A DNA stretch of 50,248 bases from Girardia tigrina (taxonomy: Eukaryota), in contig MQRK01217301.1 in assembly GCA_001938485.1 (NCBI GenBank), positions 55,462-105,709 on the forward strand, in the 5' to 3' direction. This document shows positions 23,094 to 35,011 of the stretch, piece by piece. How positions within the stretch are numbered: position 1 is the first letter of the stretch; the number at the start of each line of letters is the position of its first letter. The notes below the pieces were generated by a model. The model was not told the DNA's origin. It worked only from the letters and a program-made list of their open reading frames with translations, and did not search any database. The translations under genes and the position numbers were made by a program.

Positions 23094-23775
23094 ATTTTCA
23101 TTATTACTACACATTTTTTGAAACTCAACATTTTCAATAACTATATTTTTAGTTAGATTAATGAGTTATATCAATGAAAAAATATCAATTTAATATGAAA
23201 AAAATCATTTTTTATGAAACAATTTTTTTAATTCGACACATTAAAAAATAATTAAAATTAAAAAGTAAAAGTTAAATCGACCATAAGACGACACAAATTT
23301 TTTAATTCGACACAGTAAAAGTTAATTTTTAACATTTTATTCATTGCAAATTAGCTGGCCAACGCAAGTATTTCAGTTTTTTATCATTCGATGCATTCAA
23401 ATTGTATTCTTGCACATCCATTGCAATAGCCTCACTCAATGATACATATTTTTTCTTTAACCTCAGGGCGACCTGACAGAGCATTTTCTTGATTTTTTTC
23501 ATGAAAATTGTTTTATTTCATATTAAATTGATATTTTAATATTAAATACATATTTTTCATATTAAATACATATTTTTTTATTAAAAATTGATTTTTGTCA
23601 TATTAATATGGTATTTTTATATATAATAATATATAAAAATTAGTTCATATTAAATTGATTTTTTTATATTAAAAACATTTTTTTCATATTAAATACATGA
23701 AAACTCATTAGTCTAACTAAAAATCCAGTTATTGAAAATGTCGAGTATCAAAAAATGTGTAGTAATAATGAAAAT
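23094..23775. mobile_element. Mutator-like remnant with 74-bp inverted repeats in intron 2
   Basis: 23094-23167 and 23702-23775 are inverted repeats. Internal minus-strand KYVSLSEAIAMDVQEYNLNASNDKKLKYLRWPANLQ* resembles a MULE transposase C-terminus; a related copy lies at ~42835-42950. Confidence 0.6.
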
Positions 23776-24170
23776 ATTTCATTTTAGCTATTGGTCAAAT
23801 TAAAAAAAAAGTTTTGAATTAAAAAAAACTAATCGAAATTTGAAAATGTCGAAATAATATATTTGTCCCATTAAAAGAATGTGTCGAATTAAAAAAAAAT
23901 TGTCGAATTGTCATGGAACCGCTGAAACTTTACCTATTCAGTATCTAAACTAACAAATTACATTACTTGTCTACCTCAATACATATTAATACTTCAAAAA
24001 TTAACCAAGTGCAACCATTTTATTAATCAAAAAGATACCGAGACTTTGTGCTTGAAGTAGCCTATTTATTCCAATCACCTATTCAATATTCTCCTTTTAA
24101 TCGGGTTACATTGCTGACACTTCGTGTTACTCTTCCCGTTTTAAGTTGTTTTAAAAAATCCAGTTTATTA

Positions 24171-24376
24171 CCGTATTTTTCCGTGTATAGGATCTTATTT
24201 TTGGGTGTGCATTTTTGGAAATAAATTAAACAAAGTTCCTTAGTTCATTCCAAAAAATAAATTGTAATCTTTTGTGTTGGAGAAATGTTTCAAATATTTA
24301 CTAATTTTTATAAATTAGCGTTAAATGTTCTTTAAATTTTGACAAAAAAGGGGGTATTATACACGGAAAAATACGG
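24171..24376. mobile_element. pogo/Tc2-type MITE (206 bp)
   Basis: Perfect 19-bp TIR CCGTATTTTTCCGTGTATA / TATACACGGAAAAATACGG, flanked by TA on both sides. Confidence 0.92.
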
Positions 24377-24599
24377 TATATTTTAATTTTTAAATATTAT
24401 TGTATTATAATAGAAAATGATTTAAGCTATAAATAATAATGAATTAAAATATAAAGACATTTTCAGCATATTTCGATGTGTCTAATTTATAACTAATTAA
24501 AATATCGAAGAAAGTAAATGTTAATTTTTGAGCAGCGCTCTCCAATATCCATTGCAAATGAACCAGCAAATATTTATTCATTTTCTGACATTTATAACT

Positions 24600-25050
24600 G
24601 TTAACAGTTTTCAGTCTTCAGACGGGTGTTTAACGAGCAAATATCTGGAGTGTTTGCATTTGCTGTATTTACATATACATTAAGGTAAAAGCAAATATTC
24701 TTAGATTCTATAAGTCGCCTCATTAACATCCTGCTTGTCTGATATATTCTTTTATGTATATTCTAATTGAAAATATAATGATTGAAATACTCTCTTCTGT
24801 TCTTGATGTACATTGATACACTTCCGGTGTTTCGTTTTGCCGATTCCGTCCTTAGTTGATCATAGTGATTACAAATAATTAATGAAAGCATTTCACTTAT
24901 CAATACCGAATGTTGCTGAAGCGCATTCCGAGAGTTTTGTTGATTCGTGTTGGGGCTGGTTAGGTAAAGATGCGATGCAATTTTTCTGTTTACAAGGAAC
25001 AATAGTCCGCCTGCATTTTCAGACTATTTACGTTTGCGAATTACTGCGGA
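24600..25050 (-). mobile_element. Penelope-like GIY-YIG C-terminal remnant in intron 2
   Basis: NHYIFN*NIHKRIYQTSRMLMRRLIESKNI resembles H.FDW....IL.......RLI.ES..I; a hammerhead-like motif lies nearby on the same strand. Confidence 0.45.
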
Positions 25051-25265
25051 TTGCTTTTCCTACATGTTTTATAAATGATAACATGATGATAAAAAGCGCA
25101 CAGTAAATGTAAATAAATGTCGTATACATAGTTTTATTTATAAAAAACAATCAAATGCGAAATGAAACATTATACCAAAAAGATATAATATTGTAATTAT
25201 TCATATAAATATTTGAAAAATGACGACAGAGAATTTTTAAAAAACAAAATTTTCGTCAGAATATT

Positions 25266-25305
25266 TTTATTAATTTCGACGGATCAACCATCATCATCAG
25301 ACTGA
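25266..25305 (-). ncRNA. Minimal hammerhead ribozyme core, degenerate (stem I lost)
   Basis: Minus strand: CTGATGA-t-GATGG-ttgat-CCGTC-GAAATTAAT-A. Stem II has 5 bp, stem III is the palindrome ATTAAT, and AATAAA overlaps the end. Confidence 0.5.
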
Positions 25306-25520
25306 ATTAACGACTAAATATATTCGCGTTTATATATCAAAGCAATGTTTATGAAATCATTATGTAATTTAAATCATGAAAATATTTTCAATAAAGTTAC
25401 AGAGTATGGTTTTTGCACATTGATTTTATTAATTAAATAATATGTTATTCTAATCTATTTTATAACAGTTTTTAATAAAAATAAATAGATTCATCCATTA
25501 ATGATTATCCAAAATTCTAG

Positions 25521-26371
25521 ACTCCATCGACACCCGAGAGTCTATGTTTGCCTTGAGGAATCTGATTAGTGTAACCATCAATTATCATAAAAAATTCGGC
25601 ATTAAAAAATCAAACCCAAATCAGTTGAAATCAATCGCCAATTACGTTTACGATATGTTACACATGTTTGGGGCAGCGGATGATTGTGCAGATAAATGTG
25701 GATTGATCGCGTATACAGATCAAGAGCTTGGTTCTATACAAACTGGAGCAATCAAAGCGGCGAAAGCATTTATTGAAAGCATTGAAAAGATCAATGAAAG
25801 TGGAGCAGAGGTCATCCAAGGAATAATTAATAAGTTCATAGAAGATTGTCGACTAGGTTTTAATATCGATGTAAGAGCATCGCCTGTAATTAAGTCGTGC
25901 TCCCAGTCGACCCTTGATAAATTACTGGTAAATATTGCAAATCTGCGCCAATCCATAAGAGCCCATAGCATAAAAAACAAGTGGATTGGATTTCTTAAGG
26001 AATGTGATCGCCTCAGAGACTCACAGTTATCGGAGATCGGAGTGAGACTGCAAGACGCAGAAGAGGATGTGCCCATTGTCGGATTAATTCCACTCTGGGC
26101 CCAAGACAAAAAAGAAAAGAAGAAAGAGAATCCGGCTCCACAAAAGAAAGAAAATACGGTCTCACTTAAGAAGAAAATAGAACCAAGCGTTGACCCGAAA
26201 ATAATGTTCAAAGTGGGACCGTATCAGGGACTCTTCTCGGGTTTTGATGAGAATGGACTGCCGATTACTGATGCTGCTGGAGTCGAAATATCCAAAAATA
26301 AATTGAAACAATTAAAAAAGATTCAGCTCGAGCAGCAACAGGTATTCGATAAGTTCTCAGCTTCTAAATGA
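25521..26371 (+). CDS. CARS1: Cysteinyl-tRNA synthetase (canonical), exon 3: anticodon-binding domain and C-terminal extension
   Basis: Acceptor ttctAG|AC TCC ATC GAC at 25520; ECDRLRD..GVRLQD, FDENGLP; TGA at 26369-26371. Confidence 0.96.
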
Positions 26372-26639
26372 GCTGATTGATTACTTTCAAAGAACACTTG
26401 CTTGATATGTATTTTGTTTAATTATATTTTGTTGCTGATTTCCACTGTCGTTATTTTTATGATCATTAGTAATTAAAAAAAGATTTTTTGAAGAAATTAA
26501 ATTTTATTGAATTAGTAGTAAATATAAAATTATAATAGATTAAGATATTAATAATTTTATTTGGGATATGAATAAATTTTTACTAAGTGACCATATCCTG
26601 AACCTGAAAAAGAAATATTTTAAAAGTTTTTGTAAAATT

Positions 26640-27447
26640 AAATGTTTGCTTATAATATCGTTACAAGAGGAAACACCATCGGTCAATAATTTTGTTGGCA
26701 CATTTACTTATGTTGTGATGCATCCATTGGACTGCACGACTGGTGAACTTGAGGATCAACACTTGTTGATTTCCGCCCTTCTTAATGTAATAAATCCTCT
26801 TTAGAGACGGTCTCGAATTCGACAATAAATTAAAAAAATGGTTTTCGATTTATTTCTCCCAATTAAACACAGTTTGAAAAAAACAAATAACATCGTTTAA
26901 CCTAAGTATTTGAGTTACCCCTATTTACTACGGATAACCTACATCTCAATTTTTCATCATTCATTGAAAATCAAGTATGAAACCCGCACCTATAAATTTT
27001 TTGAAAACTCGTCTTTTTCCACCGTATTACCCGCGGTATATCTACAGTAAATTATGATAATTCTTCAATAGTTAATGGTGGTATGAATGAAGTGTGTGCA
27101 GAAGTTTGAGTTTTCTTAAAGCAAAATTTTATTTCACCTCTGGGGTTGTTCCCTAGTGTCTCAATCGAATTCCTGATCGCCTGAATTATTTCATATCCAC
27201 TTGATTTGCGATCTCAACTTGATACAATGATTCGATAAATTTGCAATGACTTTCTACCAGTAAAGATTCACTAATCGGTAAATTCAAGGCGCTTTGTTGA
27301 TTTTACTGCGTTGATAAGACTCGAAACTGTTAAGGGCTCTCTGGTTGAACATATTTCAATGGTGTGCCAATTTTTTTAGTCTTTAGGAGGAATGTTTTGT
27401 GTTGATTTGGAATTGTCTCGCCTACACAGACTGCTGATTAATATTTT
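26640..27447 (-). mobile_element. Probable non-LTR 5' end/ORF1 remnant
   Basis: Dispersed-repeat copy (27387-27447) followed on the minus strand by broken coding-like sequence (IEICSTREPLTVSSLINAVK...; VLILKFTSRAV, resembling the ORF1 IIVKF.SR motif). Confidence 0.35.
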
Positions 27448-27569
27448 AATTTTTATTATCTGAAACTAATGTTTAAATTTATTTACAATTTTTACATAAA
27501 TATATAATTAAATGAATATTTTTTAAATAATTAATATTCATTTAGATTTTTAATCAATGAAAATTTGTA

Positions 27570-27780
27570 GTAAATTTGATCGGAATAAGTAATCTCAAAT
27601 TTCTTCAGACATTGGATTAGTCATCAATCAATTAGAAGGATGCAAATTTGTTTGTAAACACCTTTAACAAAGATTGTCCCGAAGGCAATCTAACTTGTAA
27701 TACTTCTTTTTCAATTCTTGAGTGGCGCCGTTGATTATCATCCGTAAATAGCTTCGACTATATTCCCAGGGGCTTGAAAA
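27570..27780 (-). pseudogene. UBX-domain-like fragment with stops
   Basis: EVLQVRLPSGQSLLKVF...RNLRLLIPIKF resembles UBX (IQIRLPDG..L...F ... F.L....P.K.F); three in-frame stops. Confidence 0.35.
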
Positions 27781-27950
27781 TAATGATGTCTGTATTCGTA
27801 TTTTTTCAACAAATAATAACGTATTCTTTTTATATTTTGAAACATGCTTTTTTATTATCTAAACCTTTTTTTACCATTTTTTTTCATTTTTCTTTAATGT
27901 TATCATGATGTTTGGGTTAAAAATGAAACGTAATTATTCGAATAAAAATA

Positions 27951-28189
27951 TTGGGTTGGCCAAAAATTCATTGCGTTTTTAAGTACAAATTTCGTTCGTT
28001 CCTAGACGGCTTTTTTGCTGACAAAGGCAAAGGTTTTTATGAATCAGGAATAATGAAGCTACCGGAAAGGTGGAAGAAAGTGATTGAAAATAATGGTAAA
28101 ATAATCATGTAAAAATATTTGTGTATCCATGTCATTTTTTGATACTAAATATTTTAGTATAGAACGCAAAGACTTTTTGGCAAACCCAA
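27951..28189 (+). mobile_element. mariner deletion derivative/MITE (239 bp)
   Basis: TA-flanked TIRs TTGGGTTGGCCAAAAATTCATTGCGTT / AACGCAAAGACTTTTTGGCAAACCCAA; internal mariner C-terminus FFADKGKGFYESGIMKLPERWKKVIENNG. Confidence 0.95.
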
Positions 28190-28399
28190 TAGAAAACTGA
28201 CATTGAAAATTTTTAGTACCTCGAAATATATTTTAACTGTCATGTTAGTGTTGCTAGTAAAAGAAAAGGAAGTGATATCAAACTGGGGCCTATGTTAAAA
28301 GAGGGTTAAATAAATTTATATTTTAATAAAAATGAAAGAGAACTGGGAGTAACACATGGAATTTACGTTACGACGAGGTTTCCATTTTATAGTGTAAAT

Positions 28400-29220
28400 A
28401 AACATTCATTACATCAGGGATTTTAATTATAATGAAATTCGTTAAAGTGAGGGTTTGTATATACATACACTGTTCAAGATTTCGGCAATGGTTTATGTTA
28501 TCGATGAGACTAGGTTTTTTAATTTAAGGTGTTCGTTAAATCTGGATTGAGAATGTATTTATGGATGAGCATTTATACATCCATAAAGATGGAGTTTAAT
28601 ATATTTTAATAGCTGTAATATCTTTTATTTCTTTAACCACTTACAATATTTACTCTTCGTGTTAATACGATTCTCAAATTAGTACAATTTCACATAGGAA
28701 AATTCAAAATTATAAATATCTCAAAATACTCAACGGTTTATAAAATCCTTCGATTTAAACAGAAAAGGTCTTTAACAGTTTGACTACATTGGGATCAACA
28801 ATGACTGGAATTTCTATTATATAATATATTCACTGAAGTTAGCGTGTTTAACAACTTTCATTCATTAAACAATGCAATATTTTGTATTAACAAGCGTGAC
28901 AATGAATGAACATTTAAATTAATACACACTGTTGCAAACGGCTTAATAAAATAAATTGTGATTAAGCTCAAATCACTCGCTCCAAGACTCATGTATTATC
29001 ACAGGAGGGAGGTTAATTGTCATCGATCATAGCCCATTGATGCACTGTAGATGTAGCAAACATCGGGAATTCGCTTCTTCAGCGATCGCATTAGCTCAAT
29101 TTCAGCACTAACCCCAACTATTTACTCTGTACTTTCCTTGAACTAATCTCTGAACTTAATCAGAGAACTTAACAGTTTTATATTCTTGAGATATATTTTT
29201 CAGAAGATTGTCACGTAGCT
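28400..29220 (-). mobile_element. Possible very decayed hAT transposase remnant
   Basis: Weak motifs AIAEE, ILHCLMNE (HCxxH-like) and LNRRI in the expected order. Confidence 0.25.
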
Positions 29221-29799
29221 TATTATAAAACCATGCATTTTCAAAGATTTAAGATAATAATGTTTTTTATATTTGTAAAAAAAAGTGAATTGTTGATTAT
29301 GTTTGCAAGAATACATCAAAATACTGACAAAACGTATTTGTGTTCAAAATCATATTTTCAGACACAGTGAAGTTCAAAAGACTAAAACCTATTCATTCAA
29401 ATAGGTTTAGGGTCTCGGAAATCTTTAGGGTTAGGATTGCTTCAATAATGTATTTAAAGAACAAGATTGTTTTCGGTTACTAGAATGTGTTTTATAATAT
29501 TCTAAATACATTTTTTCTTATTTTATTTTAAAATTTTATTTCTTGAAATTCAAGGATTTAAGTTTTCCTTAATTTGCTACTACAAAAGGAATTTCTTTAA
29601 TTGATAAAATCAATATTTATTATTGAAAAAATCCAAAAAAGAATTTGATAACTTGTATAATTATTATATAAATCAAGTCTTTTTAAAGAACGGCATTTAT
29701 AAGACTGTTACAAACCTGGGGCGTAATACAGTTTCTACTGAATCAGATATCGCTGTTCGTCGGTTTATTCTCTTTCTTCATTCTAGTTTCCGAAAAATA

Positions 29800-32261
29800 A
29801 CTATAATTATAATACCATCGGGTTCATTTCGAAAAAAGCCCCCATCTTCTCATCACAGTTGTGCGTGTCACTCACGTTTAAACCGAGTTCCAATGGACTT
29901 TCTGAACTCGATTTTCACCATTTTAGAACATTTAACAAGAGTGAAGTATGTAAATCATTGAAATAAAGAGGATTGAATTTTTCGGTATCGACCTAAACCG
30001 GGATCGGCAATGTTCTGAATATAGAATTTTTCAGAAATTTCAATGACGAAAAAGAATTGAACAATAGATAGCAGCGACAGAACCATTCTTCTATATTCGA
30101 CAGGTTAATGTTCACCCGATTCCTAATCGGTGTTCTAGCCATAACTGAAAAATATTCGAAAATACAAAATTGATGAGTATTTCACTAAAATCATTAAGTA
30201 GTATATAAATGACTGCTGCATAACTTGTCATATTGAATGAACTTTTTGAAAAATTTCAACTTGCTATGGCATAAAACAGTACTCGAAAATTCGATTGCGA
30301 GATCTGTAAAAAAGTGTAAAAGATAATACATAGATTATGTATAATGGTTGTGAAAATATAATCATACTTCTGGGTGGTAGAAAAATGAAAATGTTTTACA
30401 TTTGAAAAATAATTTTACGTCTCAAACAAATAAATCAATGCTGATTTTTTTAACAATCCGAAATACACTTTTGTCTCTCTTTTAGAAACTCTTACGGAAT
30501 TGTAGATCTTTAAGACTTTGAAAGTTTTATTTAGATATCTGATACAAATGTTGGGACCAGTGAGTCTTTCAACTTAGCCTCGGGCCTATTCATTGCACTG
30601 GCACTGAGGCGAGCAAAGAAAAAACTCCCAGTATCTAAAAATGAAAGATTATAATTATAATTGATAATATTAATTTATTAAAAAGATAAACTTTTAATTG
30701 ATTTTGACCCTTGGATCCTGTTGATTTGAATATTTAGGATTTGAAGATTTAGAATGATTTTTTTTATATAGGATTACCCCAAAATAGTGTCATACGTCTT
30801 CTTCACATTGATTTACTAACCTCTCAATGTCACACTCCCCACCTAATTTAAACTCGCAATTTCTCTCATCTAGAAACTCAGTAATTGGGGTTTGGTTATC
30901 CATCCATTCATCCATCCCGGTATAGGTTTCATCCAAAACCTGTCATGTATGGCAAGAACTGTGCAGCCATCTTAGTCTTTCGTTTTCTCCATTTTCTCGA
31001 TGTTTTTAATGAGTCTTATTTGCTGTCGCTACTAGTGTCAATGGACTTTTCTGTATTTTGCCACTCTTATAATAATTTTTGGATGGGGTCTTGAACCTAA
31101 TCTACAACTGGTATGATTGCCATTTCTAGAAAATGATTTCTGTTTCTAGTGAGAATGTTTTCCCCAGCTTGCTTTTCAATTCTATAACTGTTTGTGTCAG
31201 AAGTTCACTCGAATGGGTATTATAAGTTATGACATCAGAAGTGATACTACATTCATAACATCAAACAATGGTAATGGTACTGTCACCGAATTTGAGGTAG
31301 ATTCTAGGGACAAGGTGGGGTACTAAATGCAGAGAATGGAATATTCGCCCTTCCGCTAAAATATTTATTGCAATTTTTAAAAGTTAAAATGCTTTAAAGA
31401 ATATTCTTTCTTTATAAAAAAATATCTAAGTTTTTATTTCAAAACATTGCCTACATTTTTAAAAAGCATGAAAAAATGTTTAATTTGACAAACATATTTA
31501 ACAATCAAGATTCTTTATTTAATTAAGTACAATTTTCATTCAAATATTTTGACAACTAGTTATGAAGAATCGAGAACATTCAGATTGTTGGGTCTCCATA
31601 GAAGTATATTAAACTTTCGGAAACTAAACAACAATTATTTTTATTTCTCTGGTTCGCCTTTATAGATGGTGTTCCTAAAACGGGGTAAGGTCTTTAGATT
31701 TAAGATATTGCTTTGAAGTTAAAACGAAAACTTGATCGTAAGAATTTAATTACTTGGCAAAAATTTTATTATGAAATAATATTTAAATAATTAAAAAGTC
31801 AACAGATTTGTTTTTAATAAGATTTATTTATTTATTACACTATTCACAATAGTAAAAATATTAATAAATAAGAATGAGAGATTGCCTATAAGGATTGATT
31901 CTTCACTAATCAGATATCTCCAATTAGTAAAATCAGGTTGAAAATGAATTTAAAATTATAAATACAAGAATTGATTTTAATCAAAATTTAATTAAGGAAA
32001 TTAAATGTTTAAATTTATTTTATATAATTATGATAACCCGCTTAGATAATCCAAATTAATTTCTCCAATCGATTTGTCTCAAAATATTTTTCGATACACC
32101 TTTGATATTTTCTTCTTTTAGAATAAATTTAACCGCTTATTCCCAATAAAATTGATTTCCAATTTGCACCTCGATTAAAATATATCTTTCCTTTTCAAAA
32201 TTTTCTCCTTGACTCCAAAATAAATTTAACTAATAAAATTCAAAACGAATCGAATTCTCGT
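29800..32261 (-). pseudogene. NEDD4-family (C2-WW-HECT) E3 ligase pseudogene retaining intron structure
   Basis: Colinear fragments on the minus strand. C2: DENSIRF..GEN/LKRKDIF (~32180-32261), KTL (~31690), GRANIPF (~31340). WW-like: SWGKTF, KWRKRKTK/DG..FWMKP, TGSFFF..VPTF (~30530-31170). HECT: SRNRIFEYCF (~30273-30302), LWLEH (30130-30144), EEWF (30080-30091), PLYFNDL..LKW*..LELGLNVS..FEMN/PDG (~29815-29990). Several fragments follow tttag/tttcag acceptors. Many stops and shifts. Confidence 0.6.
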
Positions 32262-34449
32262 CTAAATATGAAATTAATTTATTCGACGTGGTTCTAAAAA
32301 ATTAACTTAACCCTTTTTGCTAACGTATTTATATTATTTTGTTAGCCACGGACTTTAAGTCGGAAAGTCCGACTTCTGATCTTTGACTCCTGACGAGTCA
32401 TCTTATTTTTACCTTTTGGCCTACATGCCTGAACTTTTAAACTAATTATTTTGTTCTTTTAAAAATATGAACTTTTAAATTAAGAATTTCGTTTTTTAAG
32501 AATATAAATAATTATATAAATAAATACTATTTTATTTAAATTTTTCAAAGAAAAATAATAATAATCTACTATTATTTATATTTTATTACATTTATTCAAC
32601 AGGATCATTGAATCATAAAAATTAAATTAGATCAACACATGAAAACCTGGTGACAAATTCCTAGAGAAAAATATATTAAATTAGTGGGCAGTACAATCCG
32701 GAAATATTTGTCCAAAATTTTCCGTATTATTTGAATTTATAATAAGAGTTTTCCACATCAAACCCCAATGACCTCATCAATTACTTTTTTCAGCAATTTT
32801 TAAAAATTATTTGCTGATAAATTAGATTTTTCAGAAATGATTGTACCATTAGAACTCCCAATATATTAATTCAAAATAAATCGTTCTCAAACTTATTTTA
32901 TCAAATATATTAGTAAATACTAACGCAAATATACTAATTTAAAATGATAAAAGTGTAATGCGTCTTATTGAAGTAAATTATTTATCTCTAGTCATAATTA
33001 TTTTTTTCAAATTCTGAGTATTCATTGATAAAGATTTTGTAGCTAATAATTTAATATCAAATAATAAATGTATTGAACTTAATAAAGTAAGCATAAAATG
33101 TCATGTTTATTATAATTAATTAATAAATTATTTATTTAATATTTCAAAATCATTTTATTCGATAACATTTTGGAAGTTATCATTAAAAATCGATTACAAA
33201 ATATTTCAATAGTAAAACTAATATTTTTTTCGTTTGTTTAACTAGATTAAATATTTAATAATGGTGGGTGAAATATTTGATATTATTGAATGCACGTGGC
33301 CTCGATTATTGTAAGTGTTTTATTATTGAATTTGTCAAATTTGCGGGGTGTTTATACTTTTACAGTTGTTTGTAGTTATTAAGAATAATCTTTGAAAGTC
33401 CTCCCCCAGCAAAATTTTAGGAAATATGGAATTATTACCTTTTTCAAATTATTTTTTATATGGAAGCATATTTTTATTTCGCTTTGTTTCTGAAGTACAG
33501 CCAAAAACATAAATAGGAGATAGTTCTATATAAAAAAAATATAAAAAAATTATAATCATATCTGGAAAATTATTTTAAAAATTTCATAAAATTTTTTAAG
33601 TAACCTAATCCAAAGTCAAAAAATATATTTAATGATTATGTAATTACTAACTTCAATGACTGATTTTATGTCAATTATTAAATTAAATTTCTTTCGTCTC
33701 ATTTTGTAAAACTTATTTTTGTCTTATTTTTGCACAGAAAAAATAAACTGAAAATAATTTATAAATTAGAAAAATAATTCTCAAAAAAATATTCAATTAA
33801 TAATATAAAGACTTAAATATATAAAATTATTTTGAGCATAATTCGAAAAATATGTAATAATTTTTAAGCATTTATTTCAATTTGAAATAGTGATACGAAT
33901 ATTTTGTAAAATAAGTAAGTCACTACACAATGAAAAAATATTTTTGCTGTGGCACGTTAAAACATCGAAAAAAACGTCTATAAAGATTTAATAATAATTA
34001 CAACCAGGCAATTCTAAAATATATATTTATGGATTTCTATTGGCTCGGTCTATTTAAAAAGTGATTAATTTTTCGTAAAAAACACATTTTTTCTTTTTAT
34101 TAAGAACATGGAGACAAGTCTCATTTGAATTTTTATTACTAACACATTTAGAGTCATTACAACTCTCAGAAGGTCTTTCATCGTTCTAATTGGTTCTCTT
34201 ATTTCTGTTTTTAATCATGATTATTCGAACAATTTTTCTAAATCTTTTTAAAATATTTAATTTCTAATTTTTGGTACGTTACAATGTTAATTAAAAAGGT
34301 AATTTTGATCAAATGAAAATATAAAATAAAATGGAAATTAAATAAAATATGAAAATTTGTATCATAAATATGCGGAATTCTGAACCCTAACCCAATAATA
34401 AGTCAGTTACTCTGCTATATTTGAATTGCTTCCTAAGATTTATACTGTC

Positions 34450-34792
34450 AATTAATTAATAATAATCAAAAATTAATTAATAAATAATCACAAATTAATT
34501 CATAAATAATCACAAATTAATTAATAAATAATCACAAATTAATTAATTAATAATCACTAATTAGTTAATAAATAATCACAAATTAATTAATTAATAATCA
34601 CAAATTAATTAATTAATAATCACAAATTAATTAATTAATAATCACTAATTAGTTAATAAATAATCACAAATTAATTAATAAATAATCACAAATTAATTAA
34701 TAAATAATCAAAAATTAATTAATAAATAATCACAAATTAATTCATAAATAATCACAAATTAATTCATAAATAATCGCAAATTAATTAATTAA
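34450..34792. repeat. Minisatellite, ~20-21 bp unit (aataatcacaaattaattaat[a]), about 16 copies
   Basis: Tandem units read directly. Confidence 0.93.
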
Positions 34793-35011
34793 CCCTTTCA
34801 ACACGATTTTTTTTATTTCAATAATCCATGTAAAATAATCCAGCCCAAAATATGTCCTGAGACAATATGTTCTAGTTATTTTTTTTCAATAATCTTTTTT
34901 ATTCAATCTAGTCAAAATAAATTAGAAAAAAATATTTTGGCTATAATACTACATGAATTACTGAAGAAAAAAATCGTGTTTCAAGGGTATGTCCCAACAG
35001 TGTTGAAAGGG
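34793..35011. mobile_element. piggyBac-like MITE (219 bp)
   Basis: TTAA|CCCTTTCAACAC ... GTGTTGAAAGGG|TTAA; an additional subterminal inverted copy at ~34967-34988. Confidence 0.9.

Noticed and set aside
24575-24625. Third hammerhead-like motif (minus strand CTGAAGA...AACTG-TTAA-CAGTT)
   Set aside because: GAAA core and stem I are missing; too degenerate to call.
34450-34792. Regular ~21-bp repeats as a CRISPR array
   Set aside because: No unique spacers, no cas genes, eukaryotic context; it is a minisatellite.
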